Source: an uncultured Actinomycetes bacterium
GTDB lineage: Bacteria > Actinomycetota > Thermoleophilia > Solirubrobacterales > 70-9
DNA: 64,000 nt
Direction: 5' to 3'
Assembly: GCA_937908015.1 (NCBI GenBank)
Contig: CALERC010000361.1
Coordinates: 80 to 64,079 of the forward strand
The notes under the pieces were generated by a model. It made no database searches, had not been told where the DNA came from, and saw nothing but the letters and a program-made list of their open reading frames with translations. This document shows, one piece after another, positions 1-8,120 of the stretch. The first letter of the stretch is position 1. The number at the start of each line of letters is the position of its first letter. Made by a program: the position numbers and the translations under genes.

Positions 1-23
1 ATCTGGCCCCTCAGGGGGCCGAC

Positions 24-1814
24 TTGACCGACCGCAAACTCACGGCACTCGGGCTGTTCGGGCTGGCGCTCTGCGCGATCTCGGTGGTCATCGTCCAAAG
101 CGATCCGGTCGTCTCCGGCCGCTCGGCGCAGGTCACGGTCTCGGTCCTCACGATCGCCGCCCTGCTCGGGGTCGGCCTCTACGCCTGGCACCGCGACGCC
201 GACGGGCGCTTCGGGCCGGTCCTCTTCGCCACCGGCGTCTGCTGGTTCTTCGTCACCTTCGCCAACTCCGGCGACTCCCTCCTCTACAGCGTCGGGCGGA
301 TCGCCGGCTGGGTCTTCGAGGTGATGCTCGCCTACGCGCTGCTGAGCTACCCCAACGGCCGGCTCGAGACGCGCGGAGCCCGGGCGGTGGTGATCGGCGG
401 CGCGCTGCTGATCGCCCTCCTCTACGTGCCGACGATCCCGCTCACCGACCAGTACCCGTTGCCCGCGCCGTTCACCGGCTGCACCGCGAGCTGCCCGCAG
501 AACTTCTTCCTCGCCGGCTCCGAACCCTCGTTCCTCCCCGACCTGATCAAGCCGATCCGCGACCTGCTCGCGGTGGCGATCTACCTCGGCGCCGTCTTCG
601 TCCTCGCCGAGCGCCTGCGCGGGGCCGGCCACAACCTGCGCCGCACGCTGGTCCCGGTGCTGAGCGCCGCCTCGCTGCGCTTCGTCGCGGCGATCGTCTA
701 CGTGATGCTGCGCCGGATCGGGGCCGACGGCGACGTCCTCGAAGTCGCCGTCTTCGTCGCCCTGCTGAGCGTCCCGGCGACCGCGATCGGCTTCCTCGTC
801 GGCCTCGTCCAGTGGCGCGTCTACTCGGCCACGGCGCTGGGGACGCTGACCACGCGCCTGGGCGAGACGCGGACGCCCGGCGAGCTGCGCGGGCTGCTGG
901 CCGAGGCGCTCGAGGAACCCGACGTCGAGCTCTACTACAGCGATCCCCCGCCGCCCGAGGCGGGGGATGCGGCCCCCTGGCGCGACTCCGCCGACCGCGC
1001 CGTCCCGGGGCCGCTCCTGACCCTCACCTCCTGCCTGCACGAGGTCGAGGCGGAGTCGGGGCTGCGGGTGGCGCTCGTCTGCGAAGAGGGGTTCCGCGAC
1101 CGCCCCGACTTCCTCGACGCGGTCTGCGCCTGCGTCGTCTCGGGGCTCGAACGGCAGCGGCTCGACGCCGCCCTGGCGAACTCGCTGGCCGACGTCGCCG
1201 CCTCGCGCAAACGGCTGGTCGGCGCCGCCGACTCGGCCCGTCAGAAGATCGAGCGCGACCTCCACGACGGGGCCCAGCAGCAGCTGGTCGCCCTGCGGGT
1301 GAAGCTGGAGCTGGCGCGGGAGGCGCTCGAGGCCGACCCCGGCGAGGCGGGTGAGATGGTCGCCGGGCTCGGTCCGGCGGTCGAGGAGATCATCGAAGAA
1401 GTGCGCTCGCTGGCGCGCGGGATCTACCCGGCGCTGCTCGCCTCCGACGGCCTCGGGGAAGCGCTGCGGGCGGCCGGGCAGCGCTCGCCGGTCCCGGTCA
1501 CGATCGAGGCCGACGGGGTCGGGCGACTGCCCCAGGAGACCGAGAGCGCGGTCTACTTCTGCTGCCTCGAGGCGCTGCAGAACGTCGCCAAGCACGGCGA
1601 CGGGGCGACCCGGGTCGGAATCGACCTGCACCGCGACGGGGAGCTGCGCTTCGAGGTCGTCGACGACGGCTGCGGCTTCGCCCCCGAGCGCTCGGCCGAC
1701 GGCTCCGGGATGACCGGGATGCGCGATCGGCTGGCCGCGGTGGGCGGCGAGCTGCGGGTCGAGTCGACGCCGGGTCAGGGGACCCGGGTGGTCGGCCGGG
1801 TGCCGCTCGACTGA
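24..1814 (+). CDS. Membrane sensor histidine kinase (NarL/LiaS class: HisKA_3 + HATPase_c)
   Basis: 596-aa ORF with a hydrophobic multi-TM N-terminal half. His-box region 'RQKIERDLHDGAQQQLVAL'; ATPase boxes 'DDGCGF' and 'GSGMTGMRDRLAAVGGELRVESTPGQGTRV'. TTG start at 24, but the frame stays open to the window edge, so the start is uncertain. A small GC hairpin (GGCCCC-tcag-GGGGCC, 5-20) lies just upstream. No response regulator follows. Confidence 0.85.
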   Translation: MTDRKLTALGLFGLALCAISVVIVQSDPVVSGRSAQVTVSVLTIAALLGVGLYAWHRDADGRFGPVLFATGVCWFFVTFANSGDSLLYSVGRIAGWVFEVMLAYALLSYPNGRLETRGARAVVIGGALLIALLYVPTIPLTDQYPLPAPFTGCTASCPQNFFLAGSEPSFLPDLIKPIRDLLAVAIYLGAVFVLAERLRGAGHNLRRTLVPVLSAASLRFVAAIVYVMLRRIGADGDVLEVAVFVALLSVPATAIGFLVGLVQWRVYSATALGTLTTRLGETRTPGELRGLLAEALEEPDVELYYSDPPPPEAGDAAPWRDSADRAVPGPLLTLTSCLHEVEAESGLRVALVCEEGFRDRPDFLDAVCACVVSGLERQRLDAALANSLADVAASRKRLVGAADSARQKIERDLHDGAQQQLVALRVKLELAREALEADPGEAGEMVAGLGPAVEEIIEEVRSLARGIYPALLASDGLGEALRAAGQRSPVPVTIEADGVGRLPQETESAVYFCCLEALQNVAKHGDGATRVGIDLHRDGELRFEVVDDGCGFAPERSADGSGMTGMRDRLAAVGGELRVESTPGQGTRVVGRVPLD

Positions 1815-1932
1815 CGCGGATTCCGAGGTCGGGAGCGCGCACCACCGGGATTGACGTGCTCGTGCCCTGGCGAGAGGCTGGGCTCCCTGGGACCGTCTCT
1901 GTCGACCTTGGGAACCACAAAGGAGCTACGAG

Positions 1933-2328
1933 ATGCTGCCGCTTGCAGCTGACTACCCACTGCTGGAAATCATCTGGACGATGCTGGTGTTCTTCGGCTT
2001 CTTCCTCTGGATCATGCTGATCTTCCGCGCCTTCGCCGATCTCTTCGGCCGCCACGACATCGGCGGCTGGGGCAAGGCGGGCTGGACGATCCTGATCATC
2101 GTCATCCCGCTGATCGGCGTCTGCATCTACCTGCTGGTCGAGGGCAAGGGCGTAGCCGAACGGGAGATGGCGCGGGCGCAGAAGAGCCAGGGTGAATTCG
2201 ACGACTACGTGAAGAACGTCGCCGGGTCCGGCAGCGCCGACGAAATCGCCAAAGCCAAAGAACTCCTCGACAGCGGCGCGATCACCGCCGAGGAGTTCGC
2301 GAGCCTGAAGGCGAAGGCCCTCGCGTGA
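1933..2328 (+). CDS. Small membrane protein: PLDc_N-type N-terminal TM domain plus C-terminal SHOCT domain
   Basis: 131 aa, with RBS AAAGGAG before the ATG. Two TM helices with the PLDc_N-like pattern 'WTMLVFFGFFLWIMLIF...WGKAGWTILIIVIPLIGVCIYLL'. C-terminal SHOCT-like 'AKELLDSGAITAEEFASLKAKAL'. Confidence 0.85.
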   Translation: MLPLAADYPLLEIIWTMLVFFGFFLWIMLIFRAFADLFGRHDIGGWGKAGWTILIIVIPLIGVCIYLLVEGKGVAEREMARAQKSQGEFDDYVKNVAGSGSADEIAKAKELLDSGAITAEEFASLKAKALA

Positions 2329-2750
2329 GCGACCAGAATGAGATCGAGATGGGGCCGATCGACTACCTCGTGGTCGAGTGGCCGGGACAGCAGCCGAACG
2401 GTGAGCTGGCGCCGCTGCTGGTCGACCTGGTCGACCGCGGCCTGATCCGGATCCTCGACCTGATCTTCATGGTCAAGGACGCGGACGGGTCGGTCGAGGT
2501 GCTGGAGCTGGGGGAGCTGCCGGCGCTGGCCGAGCTGGCCGGCGTCTCCACCGGGCTGATCGACGACGAGGACCTGGAGGAGGCCGCGTCGGTGCTCGAG
2601 CCGGGCGCCTCGGCGGGGCTGCTCCTCTACGAGAACAGCTGGGCGGCACCGTTCGCCATCGCGGTGCGCAGGACCGGCGGCCAGATGGTCGCCAGCGGTC
2701 GGATCCCGATCCAGGACATCCTCGCCGCCCTCGAAGCGGCCGAGGCCTGA
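2325..2750 (+). CDS. DUF6325-like protein of unknown function
   Basis: 141 aa. GTG start overlaps the upstream TGA (GTGA at 2325-2328). 'GPIDYLVVEWPG...LVDLVDRGLIRILDLIFMVKDADGSVEVLEL...YENSWAAPFAIAVRRTGGQMVASGRIP' matches my memory of the actinobacterial DUF6325 family. Not verified by search. Confidence 0.75.
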   Translation: MSDQNEIEMGPIDYLVVEWPGQQPNGELAPLLVDLVDRGLIRILDLIFMVKDADGSVEVLELGELPALAELAGVSTGLIDDEDLEEAASVLEPGASAGLLLYENSWAAPFAIAVRRTGGQMVASGRIPIQDILAALEAAEA

Positions 2751-2765
2751 GGAAGAGAGGAAGCA

Positions 2766-3044
2766 ATGCCACGTCTACTCAGAGGAATGGTCCGCACCGC
2801 CGCCGTGGCGGGGACCGCGACCGCAGTCAGCGGCGGCGTCCGGCGCCGGCAGGAAAGCCGTTGGGTGGAGAAGGAAGAAGCGCAGGCCGCGCAGGCTCCC
2901 GCCGCCGCCCCGGCTCCGGCTGCCGCCCCGGCCGCCGGGCCGTCGATGATCGACCAGCTGAAGGAGCTCGGCGAACTGAAAGAGCAGGGCATCCTCACCG
3001 AGGAGGAGTTCGCCGCGCAGAAGGCCAAGCTGCTGGCCTCCTGA
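2766..3044 (+). CDS. SHOCT domain-containing protein
   Basis: 92 aa, with RBS GAGAGGAAG before the ATG. Ala/Pro-rich linker, then SHOCT-like 'MIDQLKELGELKEQGILTEEEFAAQKAKLL'. Confidence 0.8.
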   Translation: MPRLLRGMVRTAAVAGTATAVSGGVRRRQESRWVEKEEAQAAQAPAAAPAPAAAPAAGPSMIDQLKELGELKEQGILTEEEFAAQKAKLLAS

Positions 3045-3071
3045 GGCGCCCGTCCGGGCGACAATCTGAAG

Positions 3072-4664
3072 ATGGAGCGCAAGGCGCAAGCCGGCGCCGG
3101 GCTCATCCTGTTCACGCTCTGCGTCGGGCAGTTCCTGATGATGCTCGACAGCTCGGTGATGAACGTCTCGATGGCGACGGTAGCCGACGACCTCGGGACG
3201 AGCATCACCGGGATCCAGACCGCGATCACCCTCTACACGCTGGTGATGGCGGCGTTCATGATCACCGGCGGCAAGGTCGGCCAGATCCTCGGCCGCGGCC
3301 GCGCCTTCGCGATCGGCTGCGTGATCTACGGGGTCGGCTCGCTGACCACCGCGCTGGCGCCGAACCTCGGCATCCTGCTGCTCGGCTGGTCCGGGCTCGA
3401 GGGCATCGGGGCGGCGCTGATCCTGCCCGCGATCGTCGCCCTCGTCGCCGCCAACTTCCCCAGCGACGAACGGCCGCGGGCCTACGGCCTGGTCGCCGCC
3501 GCGGCGGCCGTGGCGGTGGCGGTCGGGCCGATCGTCGGCGGCTTCTTCACCACCTACCTCTCCTGGCGCTAAGTCTTCGCCGGAGAGGTGCTACTGGTCG
3601 GCGTGATCCTCGTCCTCAGCCGGCGGATCGCGGACGAGAAGCCGGAGCGGCGGGTGCGGCTCGACCTCGCCGGCACCGGGTTCTCGGCGCTCGGGCTCGG
3701 GCTGATCGTCTTCGCGATCCTGCGCTCCGGCACCTGGGGCCTGGTCCGCGCCAAGGCCGGCGGCCCGGAATGGATCGGCCTCTCGCCGGTCGTCTGGCTG
3801 ATCCTCGCCGGCGCCCTCGTCCTCTGGTGCTTCTACCTCTGGGAGAACCGCGTCATCGCCGGCGGCGGCGAGCCGCTGGTCGACCCGGCGATCCTGCGGG
3901 TGAAGACGCTGCGCGCCGGCCTCAACTCGTTCTTCTTCCAGTACCTGCTCCAGGGCGGCCTCTTCTTCGCCATGCCGCTCTTCCTCTCGGTCGCCCTCGG
4001 CCTCTCGGCGATCGACACCGGCGTGAGGCTCCTCCCCCTCTCCTTCACCCTGATCCTCGCCGCGGCCGGAGTGCCGAAGCTCTTCCCCACCGCCTCCCCG
4101 CGCCGGATCGTGCGCTGCGGCTTCCTCGCGATGTTCGCCGCCCTGGTCATCCTCATCGCCGGCCTTCAGGACGGGGCGGGCGCCGGCGTCACCACCTGGC
4201 CGATGCTCCTCGCCGGCCTCGGCATGGGGGCCCTCGCCTCCCAGCTCGGCGCGATCACCGTCTCCTCCGTCCCCGACGAGCAGAGCGGCGAGGTCGGCGG
4301 CCTGCAGAACACCGTCACCAACCTCGGCATCTCGATCGGCACCGCCCTCACCGGAGCCATCGTCATCGCCGCCCTCTCCACCTCCTTCCTCACCGGCGTC
4401 GAAGCCCACGCCGACATCCCCGCCCCGACCAAGGCCCGCGCCTCCACCAACCTCGGCACCGGCGTCCCCTTCATCTCCAACGTGGAACTCGAAGCGACCC
4501 TCAAGGAAGCCCACGTCGGCCCCCGCGCCACCGACGCGATCCTCGAACAGAACGAAGCCTCCCGCCTGGTCGGCCTCCGCACCGCCCTCGCCGTCCTCGC
4601 CTTCCTCTCCCTCCTGGCCCTCTTCCTCACCGGCCGGATCCCCGAGCGCCCCCCGGCCCCCTGA
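3072..4664 (+). pseudogene. DHA2/EmrB-type MFS transporter interrupted by an in-frame TAA at 3570-3572
   Basis: ORFs 3072-3572 and 3588-4664 are in the same frame (3588-3072 = 516). Read through, the junction gives '...FFTTYLSWR*VFAGEVLLVGVILVL...', the position of the conserved SWRW/xVF motif after TM6 in 14-TMS drug:H+ antiporters. Both halves have strong coding bias and TM periodicity. Confidence 0.7.
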
Positions 4665-4951
4665 ACGCCGGCCCCCGAGCCCCCGTCAGATCAGGCGCCG
4701 GCGCCTGGTCGCCGCCATCGGCCTCTGCCTCGCGGCGGTCCTCATATATGTCGTGCTCGAGGCGACCGTCTTCGCTCCGGTCGATCGCCACGGCGCTTCG
4801 GTCCAGTCGCTCACCATCTCGAGGCCGGCGGCGCCGACCTCACCGAGCACGAGTGGCACGGCGGCCACGAAGGGTCCTACTGGGACCGTCACTGGCCCCG
4901 GTACCTGCATTTCTATGCCGCCGCCCTCGCCGATTGCAGAAGACAGTAACC

Positions 4952-4982
4952 GGTGTTGCACTTAACACTCTAGGTGTTACAC
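4952..4982 (+). promoter_or_regulatory. Candidate toxin-antitoxin operator: GTGTT(G/A)CAC direct repeats plus the palindrome TAACAC-tctag-GTGTTA
   Basis: Sequence GGTGTTGCACTTAACACTCTAGGTGTTACAC lies immediately upstream of the antitoxin ATG (4992). This is a lower-GC patch. Confidence 0.45.
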
Positions 4983-4991
4983 TCGGGATCC

Positions 4992-5246
4992 ATGCCGACC
5001 ACCAAGCCGCGGTACACGGTCACCGACACCGGAGACCTGAGCGATCAGCTCGACCAGGCGCAGCGACGCTGGCCTGAGATCGACGATCGCAAAGAGCTGT
5101 TGCTGAAGCTGGCGGCAGTCGGCCGAGATACGCTCGAGCGCGAGGCGAGCGAGCGGAGGCGGGCGGTCGAGGAGACGGCCGGGATGCTCAGCGGCGTCTA
5201 CGAGCCCGGCGAACTGGAGCGGCTGCGCGAAGACTGGCCCGAGTGA
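4992..5246 (+). CDS. Putative type II antitoxin (VapB-like partner of the PIN toxin)
   Basis: 84 aa from ATG 4992; the track ORF starts at 4974 inside the operator. Small, charged, and its stop overlaps the toxin start (GTGA, 5243-5246). I did not recognise a fold from the sequence. Confidence 0.65.
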   Translation: MPTTKPRYTVTDTGDLSDQLDQAQRRWPEIDDRKELLLKLAAVGRDTLEREASERRRAVEETAGMLSGVYEPGELERLREDWPE

Positions 5247-5626
5247 TCGTCCTCGATGCCAGCGTCATCATCGCCCACCTGGATCAGCGCGATGCCCATC
5301 ACGAGCGGGCGAAGTCCCTGCTCGCGGGCACCGGTGTCGAGCCACTGGGCGCCAGCACGATCACCCTGGCGGAGACCCTCGTGGCCCCGGCCCGCGCCGG
5401 TCGCCTCGCCGATGCGACGACGGTCCTCGAGCGCCTGGGAGTCGGCGAGCTGCCCTTGGGAGACGAAGCACCTGCGCACCTCGCCCAGCTTCGCGTCACC
5501 TCCGGTTGCAAGCTACCCGACTGCTGCGTGCTGCTGGCAGCAAAAGAACACGGCGGCAGGATCGCCAGCTTCGACTCCGCCCTGATCGTCGCGGCTGAAG
5601 CGCTCGGCCTATCGACCCTCGAGTAG
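5243..5626 (+). CDS. vapC: PIN-domain ribonuclease toxin, VapC family
   Basis: 127 aa. The N-terminus 'MIVLDASVIIAHL' carries the first acidic PIN residue. Later Asp residues sit in 'LPDCCVLL' and 'IASFD'. Classic 4-nt coupling to the upstream small gene. Confidence 0.85.
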   Translation: MIVLDASVIIAHLDQRDAHHERAKSLLAGTGVEPLGASTITLAETLVAPARAGRLADATTVLERLGVGELPLGDEAPAHLAQLRVTSGCKLPDCCVLLAAKEHGGRIASFDSALIVAAEALGLSTLE

Positions 5627-5695
5627 GCCACGACCTGTCACATCTCCCGCCTGCGGCGTGTCTGTTCAATGAGATGACGCGAAAGGCGGTGGAGC

Positions 5696-6577
5696 ATGGG
5701 TGAGCGCGATGGGGTCGTGGCGAGGTTCGAGGCGGAGCGGCCGCGGCTGCGAGCGGTGGCCTATCGGATGCTGGGTTCGACCGGGGAGGCGGACGATGCG
5801 GTGCAGGAGGCCTGGCTGCGCTTGAGCCGGAATGATCCGGGGGAGATCGAGAACCTCGGCGGGTGGCTGACCACAGTGGTGGCGCGGATCTGCCTGAACA
5901 TGCTGCGGGCGCGGAGCTCGCGGGGGGAGCGGTCGTTGGACGAGGTGCGGATGCCGGATCCGATCGTCGATCCGCTGGAGGGGACCGATCCCGAGCACGA
6001 GGCGCTGCTGGCCGACTCGGTCGGGATCGCGATGCTGCTGGTGCTGGAGACGCTGAACCCGGCGGAGCGGTTGGCTTTCGTGCTGCACGACATGTTCGGG
6101 ATGCCGTTCGAGGAGATCGCGCCGATCGTCGACCGCAGCCCCGATGCCACGCGGCAGCTGGCGAGTCGCGGCCGCCGCAGGCTGCACGATGCCGACCCGG
6201 TCCCCGATGCCGACCTGGACGGGCAACGGGAGGTGGTCGAAGCGTTCATCGCCGCCGCCCGCGAGGGGGACTTCGAGCGCCTCGTCGCGGTGCTCCACCC
6301 CGACGTGGTCCTGCGCGCCGACTACGGGCCCGAGCGCGGCATCGTCGAGACCCGCGGTGCCGAGGCGGCGATCGCGCAGGCGCGGAGCTTCTCGTCGATC
6401 GGCGCCGAAGGGCACCTGGTGCGGGTCAACGGCGGCATCGGCACGGTCGCCTTCCTCGACGGCGCGCCGCTCTCGGTCGGCGCGGTGCAGGTGCGCGGCG
6501 GCCGGATCGTGGCGATCGACTTCCTCGCCGACCCCGCCCGCCTGGCCCAGCTCGACCTCGAGCGGCTGACGACCTGA
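5696..6577 (+). CDS. ECF-type sigma-70 factor with a C-terminal (SnoaL-like) extension, SigI/SigJ-like
   Basis: 293 aa. Region 2 'AYRMLGSTGEADDAVQEAWLRL'; region 4 'LNPAERLAFVLHDMFGMPFEEIAPIVDRSPDATRQLASRGRRRL'. This is followed by about 100 aa, 'VVEAFIAAAREGDFERLVAVLHPDVVL...', typical of ECF sigmas with a fused regulatory domain. No anti-sigma gene is adjacent. Confidence 0.9.
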   Translation: MGERDGVVARFEAERPRLRAVAYRMLGSTGEADDAVQEAWLRLSRNDPGEIENLGGWLTTVVARICLNMLRARSSRGERSLDEVRMPDPIVDPLEGTDPEHEALLADSVGIAMLLVLETLNPAERLAFVLHDMFGMPFEEIAPIVDRSPDATRQLASRGRRRLHDADPVPDADLDGQREVVEAFIAAAREGDFERLVAVLHPDVVLRADYGPERGIVETRGAEAAIAQARSFSSIGAEGHLVRVNGGIGTVAFLDGAPLSVGAVQVRGGRIVAIDFLADPARLAQLDLERLTT

Positions 6578-6578
6578 C

Positions 6579-6619
6579 CCCCTTACCTTTGTCACCCTCT
6601 GGGTGACAAAGGTAAGGGG
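6579..6619 (+). terminator. Perfect 19-bp stem / 3-nt loop hairpin directly after the sigma-factor stop
   Basis: CCCCTTACCTTTGTCACCC-tct-GGGTGACAAAGGTAAGGGG, starting 2 nt after the TGA. There is no clear U-tract (TGGTG follows). Confidence 0.6.
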
Positions 6620-6622
6620 TGG

Positions 6623-6649
6623 TGTCACAGAAGAGTGACCTCGTGTGTC
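6623..6649 (+). promoter_or_regulatory. Candidate ECF-type promoter TGTCACA-N16-TGTC upstream of the YceI-like gene
   Basis: TGTCACA at 6623-6629, 16 nt, then TGTC at 6646-6649. This resembles the TGTCACA-N16-CGTC motif I recall being reported for ECF41-group sigma factors. It lies 39 nt upstream of ATG 6688. A GGTCTG-taa-CAGACC palindrome sits at 6651-6665. Confidence 0.35.
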
Positions 6650-6687
6650 AGGTCTGTAACAGACCCACACAGAGCAGGAGGTTCCTC

Positions 6688-7248
6688 ATGACCCAGGTTG
6701 CAATTCAGCCTTTTACCGGCACCTATCGCGCCCAGCCTTTGCCCTCGACCTTCGCCTTCGCGGTGCGCCACTCGGACACGTTCTGGTTCCGCGGCGCGCT
6801 GCCGGACGTCGACGCGACGCTGCGCGGCGACGACGAGGAGCTGACGCTGGAGGGGTCGGCGCGGGTCGACTCGATCTCGGTCGTCGAGCCGGAGGCGATG
6901 CGGGCGAGCGTGCTCGGCTCGGCCTTCTTCGACGCCGACCGCCATCCCCGCCTCACCTTCCGCTCGACCGCGATCCGCCTCACCGAGGACGGCCAGGCCG
7001 AGGTGGAAGGGGAGCTATCGATGCGGGGCGTCGGGCGCCCCGTCTTCGCCACCGGCGAGTACTCGCCGCCGCGACAGGCCGCCTTCGGCGAGATCGCCGG
7101 GCTGCAGCTGGCGACGACGATCGACCGCCGCGAGTTCGGCTTCGACTGGCAGACGGAGATGCCGGACGGCGGCGTCGCGGTCGGCTGGGACGTCCGACTC
7201 GACGTCGACCTGCTGCTGATCCGCGAGGAGGCGGCCGGCGAAGGCTGA
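6688..7248 (+). CDS. YceI-like (polyisoprenoid-binding) family protein
   Basis: 186 aa from ATG 6688, with RBS AGGAGG 8 nt upstream; the track ORF starts earlier at 6619. 'FAVRHSDTFWFRG...RLTFRST...ELSMRGV...IDRREFGF' fits the YceI pattern. Confidence 0.8.
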   Translation: MTQVAIQPFTGTYRAQPLPSTFAFAVRHSDTFWFRGALPDVDATLRGDDEELTLEGSARVDSISVVEPEAMRASVLGSAFFDADRHPRLTFRSTAIRLTEDGQAEVEGELSMRGVGRPVFATGEYSPPRQAAFGEIAGLQLATTIDRREFGFDWQTEMPDGGVAVGWDVRLDVDLLLIREEAAGEG

Positions 7249-7271
7249 CCGCCGACGCCGGCCGCCGCGGC

Positions 7272-8018
7272 TCAGGCGCTCTGGCCGCCGTCGTTGGTGA
7301 AGGCGGCGCCGGTGGCGAAGGAAGCTTCGTCGCTCAGCAGGTAGACGACCGAGTTCGAGATCTCCACCGGTTTCACGTAGCGGCCGAAGGGGACGGTGGC
7401 GACGAAGAGGGCGTGGGCGTCCTCGGCGTCGACGCCGGCCTCGATCGTTTCCATCATCCGGCCTTCCACCGGGCCGGGGCAGATCGCGTTCACGCGCACG
7501 CGCGGGGCGAGCTCCAGGGCCGCCGAGCGGGTCAGGCCGATCACCGCGTGCTTGGAGGCGGTGTAGCCGGCGAGCATGCCGAAGCCCTTCAGGCCCGCGG
7601 TGCTGGCGGTGTTGACGACCGCGCCGCCGGCGGGCATCCGCGGGGTGACGTGCTTGAGGCCGAGGAAGACGCCGCGCGCGTTCACCGCCATCACCGCGTC
7701 GAAGGCGTCGTCGTCGTAGGACTCGATCGGGTCCACCGGGCCCTCGATGCCGGCGTTGTTGAAGAAGGCGTGGATCTCACCGCCGCCGAGCTCGGTGGCC
7801 GCCGCGGCGTAGGCGGCGACGTCGCCCGGGCTGGAAACGTCGGCGGCGAACGGCGTGACCGCGTCGCCCAGAGCGTCGGCGGTCCGCTTCGCCGCCGCCT
7901 CGTCGACGTCGACCGCCAGCACCTTCGCCCCCTCCTCGACCAGGCGGCCGCAGACGACGCTGCCGATCGTGCCGCCCGCGCCGGTGACCACCGCGGTGCG
8001 TCCCTCGAATCTGTCCAT
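7272..8018 (-). CDS. SDR family oxidoreductase
   Basis: 248 aa. 'TAVVTGAGGTIGS' Rossmann motif, 'NNAG', catalytic 'YTASKHAV', and 'PGPVEG'. Confidence 0.9.
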   Translation of the reverse strand: MDRFEGRTAVVTGAGGTIGSVVCGRLVEEGAKVLAVDVDEAAAKRTADALGDAVTPFAADVSSPGDVAAYAAAATELGGGEIHAFFNNAGIEGPVDPIESYDDDAFDAVMAVNARGVFLGLKHVTPRMPAGGAVVNTASTAGLKGFGMLAGYTASKHAVIGLTRSAALELAPRVRVNAICPGPVEGRMMETIEAGVDAEDAHALFVATVPFGRYVKPVEISNSVVYLLSDEASFATGAAFTNDGGQSA

Positions 8019-8058
8019 CGGTGACTCCTCTCGTCCCGGCGTCGACCGGGAGGCGCCG

Positions 8059-8091
8059 GCTCCCCCGGGGAGGGTGGGTCCCCGGGGGAGC
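8059..8091 (-). terminator. Intercistronic GC hairpin (13-bp perfect stem) between the SBP gene and the downstream SDR
   Basis: GCTCCCCCGGGGA-gggtggg-TCCCCGGGGGAGC, 30 nt after the SBP stop. The SDR RBS (GAGAGGAG) follows it. Confidence 0.5.
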
Positions 8092-8120
8092 GACTGGCTC
8101 GGCGCCGATCAGCGCTCAGG

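Noticed and set aside
4665-4950. Coding-like stretch between the MFS stop and the TA operator. One frame reads a TM-like segment (RRRRLVAAIGLCLAAVLIYVVLEATVF...). Another reads ...EHEWHGGHEGSYWDRHWPRYLHFYAAAL*.
   Set aside because: There is no ATG, GTG or TTG start in either frame, and a frameshift would be needed to join them. At best it is a decayed gene remnant, and I cannot support a feature call.
2861-5077. Very long ORFs overlapping or antisense to the called genes. Examples: 2861-5077 (738 aa), 12881-15187 (768 aa), 22164-23894, 33793-36795 (1000 aa), 55175-57784, 55885-58536 (883 aa).
   Set aside because: Their translations are Arg/Pro/Gly/Ala-rich with no recognisable motifs. They lie in alternative frames of genes that carry clear family signatures. 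Stop codons are rare in off-frames of ~70% GC DNA, so such shadow ORFs are expected.
8059-8091. Recurrent CCCCGGGG-type palindromes (8059-8091, 28279-28307) considered as CRISPR or REP-type repeat arrays.
   Set aside because: These are single hairpins with no regularly spaced repeats or spacers and no cas genes. They are better explained as intercistronic or terminator stem-loops.
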